The translations under genes were made by a program, and so were the position numbers. From the NCBI GenBank assembly GCA_010909165.1, contig MU008198.1:274704-338703 (forward strand): a stretch of DNA of 64,000 nucleotides, in the 5' to 3' direction. The notes beneath the pieces are model-generated. The model was given only the letters and a program-made list of their open reading frames with translations. It did not search any database and was not told the origin of the DNA. The stretch is from Anthoceros angustus (Eukaryota; Plantae; Anthocerotophyta). Shown in pieces: positions 23,406 through 36,660 of this stretch (positions are counted from its first letter, which is position 1; each line of letters begins with the position of its first letter).

Positions 23406-23917
23406 TCTAGGCCCATCCACCAGGCGGTCCATCACCCTCGGGGGCTTCGCGGAACAGGGTGTTGGATGCCTTCCTTTTTGGTTTCTAGTAGAGCCAGCCT
23501 TTTCACTAGGTCTGTACTATTGTTTTACATGCCAGATGGCATGCTTGGGTCATTTATTATGTATCATGCAATATATGTAGGTTGAAATGATACAACCGAC
23601 CCACTCTTCAAAATCAACCGACCCACAAGCTATGCAACACACTTGGCAGTGTTTGCCTAAATTCGGAGTGTTCGGCTCCACAAATCAAGGTCTGGCTATG
23701 CTTTTTTCTTCTGCAATTGTACATTGAACTTATTGTGGTAACTTCAAAAATGAACTAATTCCAGGTATGCTTTTTTTGCTGCTTGTTGAGGTAAATTTAA
23801 AAATAAATTGGTTCCAGTGATGCTTTGCTTTTTCTTGCGCAACTGCACACTGAACTTTTGGTAGAGAAGAACTATAATAACAAACAAGATCCAACAAAAG
23901 TCCATTAACTGTAAGCA

Positions 23918-24095
23918 GAAGAAAAAGAAGAAGAATAACGAAGAAGAATTTTAGTCTACTTGGATAGACATTCCATCATGGGACTTGGTACAAGCGACTT
24001 GCACTAAGGGCATCCATTCCCTTTAGGGACCCGATCTAAGTCCATGATGCTTAAAAGTGGCCTTCTTATACATATGTGTTCATTTGGACACACAA
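23918..24095 (-). repeat. repeat family S, copy 1, with (TTC)n tail on minus strand
   Basis: Aligns by eye to 29099-29324 (tcatgggact, aagggcatcca, gatctaag, atttggacacaca). Confidence 0.7.
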
Positions 24096-24749
24096 TCATC
24101 TTAGGCGGACAGGCGGCACAGATCATCTTAGGCAGAACCTCCAGTCACACACAAAACTTGAAAGTCTAGCAGCACCCAAGAGAAAGTTCTAGGAAGAACG
24201 AGATGCAGGTGGACGAATTACTTATCTACTCCAGCTTTTCTTATTAAGAGACAATGGAATCGAGACCCTTGGAGAAGTTGGCTTCAGTCGACAGCAGCGA
24301 ACCTTGTCGTGTTCCAGCTGCTTTGCTACATGATCGACGCCAACGAAAGACGTTTATCATATCATACACCGAGATTATATTTCGGATATCCGTCTACCGC
24401 TTCATGTGCGCCAGCTTATGCTAGGTTTGCATGTAGTCCGACCTGGGCAAAAACCTGCCCCGTGCCGCAAAAGGTCAAAAAAAGTTTGTCATTTTCCGGT
24501 GATCTAACAATCGGGTTGGGCATTTTGGCTGAGTTTATTTTTGGGTACCCCTCAACTTTGCCAAGTCGGGCAAAGCCCAAAACTGGCGGAACGTCAGAAG
24601 GGTCCTTTTACATTCCGTTTCTTAATACTGTTGTAAATGATGCGTCGGGCCAATGAAACCATATAATTCACCCGTTACTTTTGACTTACATGTTTTTTTT
24701 ATTAGGATGTGCAAAATTGTCCACAGAACAACTCCCAACGCTCGAGAAC

Positions 24750-25150
24750 CAAGGTCAGTTGTAGGTTAAGTGTTGAGTTGGTTGTAGATGAAGTGTTGAG
24801 ATGGTCTTGAGTCGAGACACAAACTCTGACTCATGCTTCTTTGATGGAATGTTTCGTACTCTTTCAATTGCTAAGATAATGAAGAGATATTCTTCTACCT
24901 CCTTCACTTGATTGCCTTGTGACTCTTCTTCTTAGTCAAGACTAGAGCACATCACTCACATCCATTGTAAGGACTACTACCAAGACCTTTACAATTGCAC
25001 ACAAACAATTACAAGCACAAAGCTAAGAGCTATGCAAGGACTAGGCTCAAGTGTTCAACCTTTAGTGGCATGAAGACTTTACAAGTATCTTGAATATGGC
25101 TCTGATATCATGAATACGATAATTCTGGAAGCAGGTTAATATACGAACCT
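24750..25150 (-). mobile_element. LTR-retrotransposon leader/PBS remnant
   Basis: GGCTCTGATATCA at ~25098-25110 is a one-mismatch tRNA-iMet PBS on the minus strand, followed on the plus strand by TG. Confidence 0.4.
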
Positions 25151-27231
25151 CTTCTTTTGGTTTTGGACCCCCTTCACGAAATCGACACAGTCCTTAAAAC
25201 AGGGTTTTAGCGCATTCTTCAAAATGATATTACCTTGTTGTTCCCTCTACAAACAGAAAGTCTGCATTTTTTCCATTGACATGATAGAGAGCCAATCTAG
25301 AAACCCGACCGCCCAGCGCACTCCGTGATGTGTTCATGGACACTATTCAATAAATTCAGATCAAAACTAAACATGGTTCTACATTGGAAAGAAACAAAAT
25401 CGAAGGTTGTGTGTGGACGCTGACAAACCAGCGTCTACATCAAATGGGACAAGAATGGTAAACTTTAAAACGAGCACATGTAGGTGGCTACACCTAGAAT
25501 GATTCCTCATGGGGACCAATTAATCTGTAACTCATATAGGCCTTGAGCTAACACTGAATGTTTGACCACGTCTAAGTTCCGCATGTGCTTCACTTATGGG
25601 TCGTCAAAACTGCCGTTCTCACCCATGGCCTTGGCGTCTTCGTTTTCCTTAACTCTTGCCTCCTCAACCACTTACGTACGCACCCGGCAGATGTGGTCGT
25701 AGCTCATATATGCATCATTCCTTTGCCGTTTTGGTTTAGGACGATGTTCACGCCTGCCCGGGTTTCGGGTTTCACGGGTTTGAATCATTGCCTTTGTCAA
25801 ACAAGTAACTTATTCCCTCAACCGTCAGAATGCATGTTTTAAATTGAATGAGCAAACATACGACACATTTCACATGTTGGATCATAATGTACAGCCTTGG
25901 TCGATAGCAAAGATGGTAACAGCGTCTGTTTAGAAAGGGGTTTCTCCTGTCAAAAGGGGTTTTGGAAAAAATCCCAACCTTATTTCGACGGAAACTCAAG
26001 TTGGTTTGGTTTTGTTGGTTTTGTAGGTGTTCATCCATCGGTGCATTCTCCCGCACCACTTCTACCGAGTCATTTACCGCATTGCTTTTGTACTCGTTCA
26101 TGGCGATTTAGTCGATGTGATGAAGGGCTAGTGACCTCATTGTTCCATAATTTCGCCATGTCCGTAGTTTCGTGATTTTGTGTGGTTTTGTATGTTTTTG
26201 TATACCGGGGGCCTAGGCGCGCATAAGTGCGCTCTAAACAACGCTTATGCAAACTTGTGCACGACTGCAAAAAGAACGCGAAAAATAATCTTCTAATGGG
26301 GAAACATGTCCTTTGAGGTCCGAGGATGCCGAACTCCCAACAAAATAACAAGTAGTAGACATCGCGGAGGTTCACCTAGACCGCCTCTCATATCTATCCT
26401 ATGCCCTAATGCGAATAAGAACACCCTATCCCCTTTTATCCTTTACTGTTTCCGTCTCTTTGTGACCTAGTACCGTTATCATCAAACATGCTAGGGGCCC
26501 ATGGTGAACAAGTGCATGTACCGAGCAGGGGCCAAGTGCGCGCTGGTCACGGCGCACCGAGCAAGGGGCCCGTGCAGCACTTGCAGCACGCGCAGAGAAG
26601 GAGGCCAGTGCACGCACAAGTGCGCACCCAAGGTCAAGAAGGGCCTGAGCATGAACCCATATGGTTCATGCCTCCTGCATTCCTGCATTCATCCAAAGAA
26701 AAAGAGCAAAAGTCTAAAAAACCCTTAAAACCCTAAAAAATCACAAAAAAGTCCAGTTTTTTGAGGCAAGTGCGCGCACTTGCCCTAAAATTTTTTTGAA
26801 TTATTTTGTATTTGTTTTGATATTTTTGTTGTTTTAAAGGGTTCCTTTCGACGTTTTCAACCTTTTTTGTGCACCTCTCTAATGTGGATATGTTCTTATC
26901 TTTACTTAACCCTCATCTTTTTCCTAGTGGTTAAAACTTTGAACTAGTAGTGAGAACCTTTGCATCTTTTGAATCTTGAGACGCTTGGCGTGGGCTCAAG
27001 TGCGAGACCATGCCACTCTCATTCTCTTGCATGTGGATCAAGAATATCAGTCAACGAAGATATTATTGTCCCAATGTCTAAGAAACAAAGTCTGTAAAAT
27101 TCTCGGGCGAGTATAGTCTTAGGATTGGTGGTATGAATGAAAGGTTGGTGCGCAAACAAGTTTGCGCACAGTCTAACAAGCCTAAAAACTCTAAAGCGTT
27201 TGTATCGTCCAACACACGCAATGATTGCGGA

Positions 27232-27500
27232 TGTTGGAGACTGTTAGATGTAAGTGCGCGCATAAGTTCTTGTATCATGTCATTTGAAAGAAAAAGCCGA
27301 GCGAGAATGGGACTTTAGGTTTTGCCACGCTTGCAATCTACAATCTCAAATAACGTGTATCAAAACAATTATTCAAAGGTTGCGGGTGACATGTCTGTGA
27401 GAAATACCAAAAGGCGATTATAGTGCGGATTTTTCAAGTGCAAAAGGGTCCGTACATCCGGTTGCAAAAATTTCGGGAGAAACCCTTTCTTGACGTTGTT
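27232..27500 (+). repeat. dispersed repeat family R, copy 2
   Basis: Homologous to 4317-4605. Confidence 0.7.
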
Positions 27501-28220
27501 TGGTGACCAGTATTGAAACACGTGCCCAAGAGGTATGACCTCTACAGTACAATGGTCGCAGCCTTGAATGAGCTCGACAAAAGGGAGGAAACTTGAGCGA
27601 GCCGTGGCTCTCTTCACCGTTTTGATCCCTCTATAATTTTCGACCATTAATATAACATCATGAGTAATTTCAAACTCGCGATCAACTAACCATTGAGATT
27701 AGAAGATCTTTGCTATGATTTTGGGTTCAAAACTACAAAGTTTTTACTATGCTGGCCAAAGTAAGGATGTTTGAGTCGAACCATGGACCATGCTCATTTA
27801 GCTCTTTTATCAAACAACATCACCTACTATCATAAATAAACCCAAATGGGACGCGACCATGGTTTACAAAGAACAATGGGTAGGGCGTGCATGGGGAGGG
27901 CGTGCATGGGGATGATGTCGGCCAGCCGGCGCCCATGGGTAGGGCGTACATGGTGAGGGCGCTCGCTGGCCAGTGCTGTCCTTATGGACTCGTAATCTAA
28001 AACTCTTCTTAGTTCATACCACAGTTGCACCCATTTTCCAAAAATCTATAAACCTATTTTCATTCATCCATTCGTACTGTACCATGTGCAGCTTAGTTCT
28101 CGAAGAATATATGGACATGTTCAGGTACCCACCAAAAGGTGGTGCATAGTGTTTCTATGAGACTTCCGTGTAAATAGACGGCGACGTTGCTCGCGAATAA
28201 GGAGTCGGTCTACTAGGCAG

Positions 28221-28493
28221 GTCCGAGGGCGTTGGCTGGCCAGCGCCTTGTGACTCAAACTGTAATGAACGAGGGTCTCCTCAAAAGTCGAGAACCCTCA
28301 GAACCCAGTGGCCATGATTGTTCTCAAAGTTCTTGTGCGAAACCCGAAAGTGGAGGGGTCCGAGGGCGTTGGCTGGCCAGCGCCTTGTGACTCAAACTGT
28401 CATGAACGAGGGTCTCCTCAAAAGTCGAGAACCCTCAAAACCCAGCGGCCATGATTGTTCTCAAAGTTCTTGTGCGAAACCCGAAAGTGGAGG
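28221..28493. repeat. near-perfect tandem duplication, period 137 bp
   Basis: gtccgagggcgttggctggcc...ccgaaagtggagg twice with about three substitutions. Confidence 0.95.
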
Positions 28494-29098
28494 TTAGTAT
28501 TACTATGCTTAGCCATAGGTTTGCCGTGGAATGCTCATAAATTTGTAACTTTACCGGTACTAATGGTCCTTATACATGAGTGTTGATTGGGCCCAAACTG
28601 AAGGACATTCTATGGTCCATACCCTTCGTCGGCATGCCATTTGAACCTAGTAATACTAATGCATGATAAACAATTCACACATGCTATCAGGCACGAAAAA
28701 AATAGAAAATACAGGCTCTAGAGTTTGCTAGTACCATGAAGGTTAGAGTTCAGCTTCCAGCCTAGGAACAAAAAGGGAGCCATCCAATAAAGGGAGCCAT
28801 CCAATACCTTGTTCCGCAAGCCCCTCACATTGCTGGGTGGATAGGCCTACTACTCTAGACTACCTTATGTAAGGCCGTTTCAAAATGGAGTAAGTTTCAT
28901 TGAAAAATGGCAAGGAATCAAGGTCATACAGGAAGTTAGCGCAAAGGGGTTGGTCCCTTTTAAAATTATTTAGTACAACACATAAAAATAAGTTATGAGT
29001 GCCTTCAAAATAATTAATTTATGTATATCTTCTAGAAAGGCATATACAATATCTTTTAGAAAGAATCTTCTGGAAAGTACAAACAGAAAAGGACAAGG

Positions 29099-29324
29099 AA
29101 GAAGAAGAAGAATTTTATTTAAGTCCACTAAGGACGGATTTCCGTCATGGGACTCGGTACTTAACAACTTGTACCATGGCCTGCCTAAGCTACTTGCACC
29201 AAGGGCATCCACTCCCATTAGGCACCCCATCTAAGTACCGATCTAAGCTCAGGATGCTTAATCACGACGTTCTTATAAATGTGTGTCCATTTGGCCTAAG
29301 CCATTTGGACACACATTTATAAGA
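29099..29324 (-). repeat. repeat family S, copy 2, with AATAAA-(TTC)n end and 54-bp hairpin
   Basis: Minus strand ends ...AAATAAAATTCTTCTTCTTC; perfect 19-bp inverted repeat 29271-29289 / 29306-29324. Confidence 0.7.
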
Positions 29325-29876
29325 CAAGGAATGAGGGCTATTTAAGCCTAGCCTACCTATGTGTTGTGGGTGGTGTGCTAGATTACTAGTGTGCTTGCGT
29401 ACATGTGAGGGAGTTTTGTGCTAGTATGCGTGTGGTCCCATATTGTATGGGAGCTTTGTGTTTCTCTCAATAAATGTAAAACCCTTTTTCTAACATGAAC
29501 ACCATAATTTTGAAAGGAAGTTAATATGCGCCCTCGGATATTGTGCCTTTTATATGTTTAAGGGAGTTTGAAGACCCATGGAATTTCCTATGGGTCTTTT
29601 GGGTCCAAAAAAGGCCTCAGAAAAAAAGTGGACGTTTGCCCTGAACAAAGCCCTTCATCAGATTTTCTCTAGGTAATCGAACCACAAGCTATGGAGCCAT
29701 GGCTTATGTACCACACGTCGCAGACTAAATGGCAAGTATTCCGCTCCACAAATCAAGGTAACCTTCAAAATTCATGGGTTCTATCTACGTAATCTTGCTA
29801 CACTTATGGTGCCAAAGAACGACGCTACTCTTTTATTTCCCGAATGCCTCCTTTGTTCCCTTGAGCGCTTCCATAG

Positions 29877-30033
29877 CCAACCAGCTCAGCCTATAGGTGA
29901 GCTCACTACCTCAATACGTGAATTTTTGGACTGGACCAGCCAACCAGCTCACTACCTCAATACGTGAATTTTTGGACTGGACCAGCCAACCAGCTCAGCC
30001 TGTAAGTGAGCTCACCACTTCAACATGTGAATT
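29877..30033. repeat. nested short tandem duplications
   Basis: gccaaccagctca three times; ctacctcaatacgtgaatttttggactggacca twice. Confidence 0.85.
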
Positions 30034-30640
30034 CCTTTATGTCCAAGTCTATGCTTGGTGAATGATTGGGTATGTGAGTTTAAGGGTTTATGTACTTCCC
30101 TCAGCATTACGTCCATGTCGCTCTTTGGTGAATGATTGGGTCGGTGATTTTAACGGTTTATGTACTTCCATTTGCTGCAGCCAATATAATTAATCAAGAC
30201 TAGTACAACATAGTTACCAAGATTCTGCCTAGATACGGATAGATTTTACCTTGCAAAGGCTATTACTCAGCAGCTTTTCCATGCCCTCATCGTTTCCATG
30301 GGAGGAAAGTGCATCCATTTTGTTGGACAATTTGTTTCTGGCCATGCGGGTTTACTTTCATCACAGGACCGGTTGCCCTGATATTCTGTTGTGCCATCGT
30401 TACAGGTGGTGGGACAAAAATCACGACGTGGCCGGGGATATGAACCATACCGGACATGCCCAAATTCCGACGTCGGTGGTTCTGCAAACTAAGAAACACT
30501 GGCGCAGCTTGAACTGACCTTGCTAAAAACAAATGCCTATGCCGCCCACAACCGTGTAACAAAGAATCAAATAGTGCGCTTTCCTACTCCTAATAAGCAA
30601 ACTAAAGGCTACTCTATTTCTGTCGCAAAACCGCCTAGAA

Positions 30641-32908
30641 TCAAATGTCATCCAACTCATCCCCGTAGCTCTTGGTCGTAGCAGGTTTTAAAGCACCTTC
30701 CTCTAAGAGACCTCCAGTATTTTCCGACAAAGCGACATATTTCACATTCTGCAGTGCATCCCTGTCGGTGTCGCACCTGGCCTTGCAGACGCAAAAGAAC
30801 ACTGTGTGTACCAGTACGGAGATGAAGATGACGAAAGTCATCACTAAACTCACCACTAGCACATACAGGAAAGACCACCCAAATCCTGAATTCCCTGTGA
30901 TAGCCCTTGCGAGGATGTTGGTCAAGTAGTTGATGAGGAGTCCACCATAGAAGAGGGAGAGATTTATCCCCAGCGCTAACCAAACCCGTTTTGCTGTAGT
31001 GAGAAGAGTGAAGCTCCGGATGAGGGCTTTCACTCCCCATGTCGCTGGTCTCTCCAAGATCACCAGGGGAAAAGCAAGACTCCATATTGTTGTCACATAA
31101 ATTATCCCGACAGCATAGAGAAACAACATAAAGATCTGCAACTCGATGGAAGCTGCAAGGCCACGGAGACAGTTCAGTATGAGCATCTAGGCCGTTAGAA
31201 AACGTAGACCCAGAGAATCCCCAGCCTCGGTACTTACATGCTCGAAAGACCTGCAAAATGGCTGCCAGAGAGCCGAAAACACAGTCATGGTGATAGCGCC
31301 TGTGCCAAATACACGGAGTGCAGTTTCTGGCATGGACCTGGAGGAAACAACAGGCAGGAATGCATTAGGCCACACATCCATGGCTCAGACTTCCTCTAGT
31401 TTGTGCAAAATGCTTCAAGGAAGGAAAAGGGTGCTTAAAGTTTCTACAGCTTACCTAAGAATGTCTCCAAAGAAGAAGTCAATGGGTTGCCAGATATGCC
31501 CAACCCCAAACTTCGTTCCGTAGATGCCAGCCACGGCTTCGGTCAGTGATACCACCGACACAAGGGTCAGGGCGATGAGCAGTGAGAAGGCGCATACATA
31601 CAGGAACACGATCAATGCAAAGTGACTACTGCCAGAGTTGCCGGAAGGCATGGACTCCTGATTGTCCTCGGTGGTTGGTGTATTATCTGGATTTGCATTT
31701 ACATCTTCCCCCGGATTGTAGTCAGATGCATCCGGTTGTTGGTCCCCCGCTCCCCCTGCCTCTCCGGAGCCAGTTCCATTACCATCAGCTGGTGGAGCAC
31801 CATTCTCAAATGGATCCGCCTGAGGATCCTCAACGTTGCTGTCGTCGTAGTCATCAGGTGGAGGGGCTCCCGAATCTCCCGTTAGGGGGTTAGGACCTTC
31901 TGCAGGGGGACCCTGGCTAGACTCCTCCACATCCGGTGGCGGAGGAATCAGGCTCGAATCCTCTGGAGGAGGGACCTGATTCGTGTCCTCCACATCCACT
32001 GAGGGACTGAACTGATTCGGGTCTTCCACTGGTGGAGGGAACTCATTCGGGTCTTCCACTGGTGGAGGGAACTGATTTGAGTCTTCCACTGGTGGAGGAA
32101 ACTGATTCGGGTCTTCCACTGGTGGAGGGAACTGATTTGGGTCTTCCACTGGTGGAGGGAACTGATTCGGGTCTTCCACTGGTGGAGGAAACTGATTTGG
32201 GTCTTCCACTGGTGGAGGGAACTGAAACGGGTCTTCCACTGGTGGAGGGAACTGATTCGGGTCTTCCACTGGTGGAGAGGACTGATTCGGGTCTTCTGCA
32301 TCTGGTGATGGTGGAGGGATCTGATTCGGGTCCCCCACATCTGGTTGAGGGGGCACCTCATTCGGGTCCTGTCCATCTGCCGGTTGGTCGAACTGATTGG
32401 GATCTTCCTGCGGAGGAGACTGGATCGGATCCTCCACATTCGGTGGTGGAGGTTGAGCGAACTGATTCGGGTCCTGCACATCTCCACTCCCATCTGAAGA
32501 ATAGTCTCCACTGGAGTCGTAATCCGACAGACCTCTGCCCACCACAAGGTGCCCTACTTCTGCATCTTCCTTCTCCTCAATCTCCCCAAAAAGCGGCCTG
32601 AGGAAATACTTGGGCCACGAAGAAAACGGGCCTCCGAAATAATAGAAAGCGATCTCGGACGCTGACTCTGCCACCGGCACCTTGGATGAATTCCTTCCAG
32701 CATGTAAGCTGCTCCAGTACGCATCCTCCGCAGCCAGAGTCCCTTTCAAAGCCTGATTCACTGCAGTGGAGACGAACACCAGAGGGAGGATGAAGACCAG
32801 AGTAAGCAGCAGGAGTTTCTTGGGGTGCGCCCGAATAAGCCCCAAGGACTCCTGGTAGACTCCCACGAACCCCAGGTGCGCATCGATGGGCCGCATCTGC
32901 CCCGCCAT
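30641..32908 (-). CDS. multi-pass membrane protein of a conserved uncharacterised plant family with a large Pro/Asp-rich repeat insertion; exons 32908-31455, 31337-31238, 31186-30641 (699 aa)
   Basis: Donors AG/GTAAGC and AT/GTAAGT, acceptors TTTCCTCCAG and CTAACGGCCTAG keep the frame; N-terminal GVYQESLGLIRAHPKKLLLLTLVFILPL and C-terminal WSLAFPLVILE...GVKALIRSFTLL resemble a plant transmembrane family. Confidence 0.82.
32011..32296 (-). repeat. coding 30-bp minisatellite (nine units plus a partial) encoding FPPPVEDPNQ
   Basis: actgattcgggtcttccactggtggaggga repeated in phase. Confidence 0.97.
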
Positions 32909-33848
32909 GCTTGATCTCCGTGTGAGCTACCGGTCTCTCCCACCCAATCACCCTGCGAGCATCCTCGACGCCACAGATCCGCGCCCTTCAGCGCATTGCG
33001 TCTACAACTCCCCGAGGTTGGCAATGCGGCTCCACATCATCAACCCGGAAGGCTCCAGCACCCACAACGTCATCTGCAGCCCACAAAAACACGGAAACCA
33101 AAAACCTCGCCCGCTCAGGGCACCAGACAGGGCCTTCGCGCCAACACCAGACCTACTAGCAAGGTTGGCTGGCGAGCAATGGCCAGAAACCGGACTTCGG
33201 AGCTGGCAAAAAAACCCACCTCGAACGAATCCGAGGGAGCAGCAGCTCGATCCAGTCTTCTACTCCACCGGCCCACGCGTCGACCCTGGAGCGTGGTGGA
33301 GAAACCTCGAGGAGCTACAGTTGGGGATTTTGAGGAGCGAGAGGCAGACGGGGTGATAGGCGTCGGCGAGGACGCCAGAAGGGAAAAGAAAGAGTGAATG
33401 GGACGCCGGAGGAAAGGGGGGCGGGGGGGGGGCCTTGCTCATAAGGAGCCTTGCCTTCGACGAGGTGGTGTCTACGCCCACGAGGGAATGCAGCAGCAAA
33501 GAACTGCTGCAGGCAAGGCGGAGAAGCCGGGCTGGGGGATGCCACCACTCCGGAGTCGGCGGCAACTGGGTTGCTGCTGCCATTGATAAAATGTTTCACC
33601 CTTTCTTTAACACAGCTCTCGTGAGACATGCTTATTGCATACCAAATCTCCGCGGAACGTGATCGCTTGCTTATTTACAGTCCCTGTTTCTTCTGCCAAT
33701 CGTACGGGCAGGACGTTCCTTCGACAAACAGTGGCGGCCTTGGCCCCAAGAGCCCCGAGAACGTCCCACGTGGGCTCTCACGTTCTGCCTTAATTTTCGG
33801 CTTGTCATGGCATGGACTGACAAAGAGGCTTATAATAAAGCTATAGGC

Positions 33849-34616
33849 TGTGATGGATGATGTTATGGTTGTAAGGTATCTGTATGTACATGTGATCGAT
33901 GTATGGTATACGCTGTATAGATGGATGTATGATATGTGGCATGTGGTTGGGCGGATTTGTCCATAGATATTAGTCTTAGAATATTAAGATTAATATAAAA
34001 GAGAAAAAGGATATTTATAGAATAGATATCTAGAAGAATATAAATATTATCTAGTAGGCTGATATCGAGATGAAGGAAATGCTATAGCGAGATAAAGAGC
34101 AGCCAGAGGCTATATATGTGGGGCTTGGTGGCAATTAGAAATTGGATTTGCATATGTCGTTGTTGTCTAATAGATTATCTTGCTGATAATAAAGACAGAC
34201 ATACTTGTCCCAGATATTGTCCTCTTTCCTTCCCTCTTGTTGGTTGTTACTAACATCCCGGGTGGTTGGGATCGCTTTTCATACATTTGCAAATCTTGTA
34301 AGTTGCTTGGATCATACTCGGTATTTGGTTGAAGATCGTTGCAATTGGAGTCCGGAGGGAAGAAGCTGGAGTAGCTGCCCACAAGTTCAGGCAGAAGAGC
34401 TGTCAGGCGAGAGTTTGCATCTTGTCAAAGGATGACAGCATTGGTTGTGTAAGTAGTCAATGGGCGATAGAGCTCCTATTGATTATTCGTAGTTGTTTTG
34501 TAGCACTAGATCCATTGCTAAGAGGGTTAGTCTAGCACAGTTAGAACTAGCTGAATTTTGGGAGACGTCTGGATAGAGGCTATTGAGCTGTCTGCTCATT
34601 CGTCCAGCTTGACACA
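33849..34616 (+). mobile_element. possible solo or partial LTR
   Basis: TGTG...CACA ends, AT-rich U3-like part, CTATATAT and AATAAA; no target-site duplication seen. Confidence 0.35.
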
Positions 34617-36660
34617 GGGGATTGGGTCCACCAATCCACTCAAAGCCACCGCCTTCCCCGCAAGGGCCACGTGGAACTCCTCTCCGCTTCCGCGTGACAT
34701 CGATACTCATGGACGAATGAGCAGACACAAATGTCATTCAAGATAGGGTATTGCCAAAGATGCCACCTACTTTCGCCCCATCCGTATACCGTATTTATCG
34801 TGAAAATATATTGACGTGACGTATGTATGAGATTGTATGTCGTAGGATTGCATGTATTGTTCTCGCATATTTGGCATACACCATCTAGAATAAAAAGCAT
34901 TAATTCCGAGCATTTGTAAATCGTTGTATCATGTTTTATGGCAAAGATCGAAGGCCAATGCACCATAAGCCATATGCATATGGCTATCTAATCGCATTTC
35001 GCGAGCGGGTATTTGACGGCTTTGTCGCCCGGATGCGCTTATGCCTTTTGGCTTTTTTCCGCTCGCGACCTTCATACTGCGTTTGCGCTTTCGCCGCCGT
35101 CTTTCGTGTGCATGATCCCGCTTATAAGAAGGGTTCTCCTCGCATATAGACACCAAACACCCATGCGATGATACCGAGACAAGAAAGTGACCAATACTGA
35201 ACACCAATCTTACACAAGAAACCGATGACCCGCTTGCTTTTCCCTCGACGCCTTCCTTTCTGTGGAACCGCCCGGCCCTTTACTCGAGACTTCCATATGT
35301 GGGCCACCCCTTTCTCGGCGAATTTTCCCTTGCGGTTTTGGGTCACATCGACCCTGCCTTCTTCGAATTGTGCACTTTCGGCCAGTCCGAATCACTCCCA
35401 TCATCAACCGACCTACCTCCATCTCCTGCTGCCTCCTCATGACCTCCTCTTCTCCTCCTTTCCTGATTCTCATCCTCCTCGCCCTCTTCCCCATTGTCCT
35501 CTTCCTCATCCTCTTCTTCCCTTCTTCCCTTCTTGCCCATCTTCCCCAAGATCCCCATTATCGCCATCGACATTGTCGCCCCTGAGCGCATCGTCCACTT
35601 GACATTTGGTCCTCAAACACACCATTACCTACTTGATCCTCCTCCCGCTATCATCGTCATCTTCGTCCGCCACATGTTCCCCCGGTCCCGATCCTCAGAT
35701 ATCCCTTCAAGCTTTCAGGGTCATATTTCCGCCTCCTTCCCTCCTTCTTAGCTTTGCACGCAACGAGAAATCCTTCCACCGACCTCCACCTCCCCGCATG
35801 CCCCTACGCTTCTATATGTTTTTCATAGGACCTGAGAGCCCCAAATTCAAGCTCCTCGCCTGATCCCTCCCATGCTTCTGGGCTGGAACTTGTAGATCCA
35901 TCCCTTCTTCCCACAATGTGGACTACGGACTCACAGGGATTAGAAATTAGGTACATAATGCCCTCATCAAATCTACGCACTTGATGACGGCGCAATCTCC
36001 TGGCGTCGAATTCCTACATGCTCATAGCTCCAACGTCCAAACAGATGCAGATTTCGCAGATCCTTCTCAGGCATCCAAGACCAATGATTTGGCTACGCGC
36101 CGCTCGATCTCACCAGCTAGATCAGCAGTCGTGGCGCCCTCGCATTTTGTGCCGATTGGTGGAGAATCGCCCGGGTGCGGGTGCATCGAGGATCATGGCG
36201 GTTTTTGGCCATGTATGTGCTCGGAGCCGCAGAATTGGTGCCCCGGCCCGAACTTAAATCGAGTTTCTTTTCGGTAGTTTTGACCCCGAATGAAACTCGC
36301 TGGAGTTTCTTTCACAGGGTATGAAAGCGGCTCCTCCGCTTTCTTCACATGTCCTCCTTGATATCACAGGGTTCACAGCACCCGAGCGAGGGCCCCTCGG
36401 TTAAGCTGGGACGGACTTTGGTATCTCGCCAACTCCTTATAAGTCGCCCCCTCTGCTCCCTACTAGAAAAGGCAGCCTATATTACAGCTCGTTGTTGCAA
36501 TTTTATGTTACACTTCTAACTTGCAACATCATTTGGAGGCTTAGTATTAAGTTTGTCATTTCTTTCCCCAAGTGGGCCTACAATCTTAACACGAACTGGC
36601 TCTCTCTCCTACCACTTCACCCTCTTAACTACATCCCTCTCTCATATGCATTGTTTATGN

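Noticed and set aside
22314-23435. 373-aa and 266-aa antisense ORFs
   Set aside because: Shadow frames of the GC-rich O-fucosyltransferase CDS
32011-32296. CRISPR-like 30-bp repeats
   Set aside because: No spacers; it is an in-frame coding minisatellite
35210-35602. Acidic and Pro-rich overlapping ORFs
   Set aside because: Low-complexity purine/pyrimidine-skewed sequence, probably transposon-internal; no domain support
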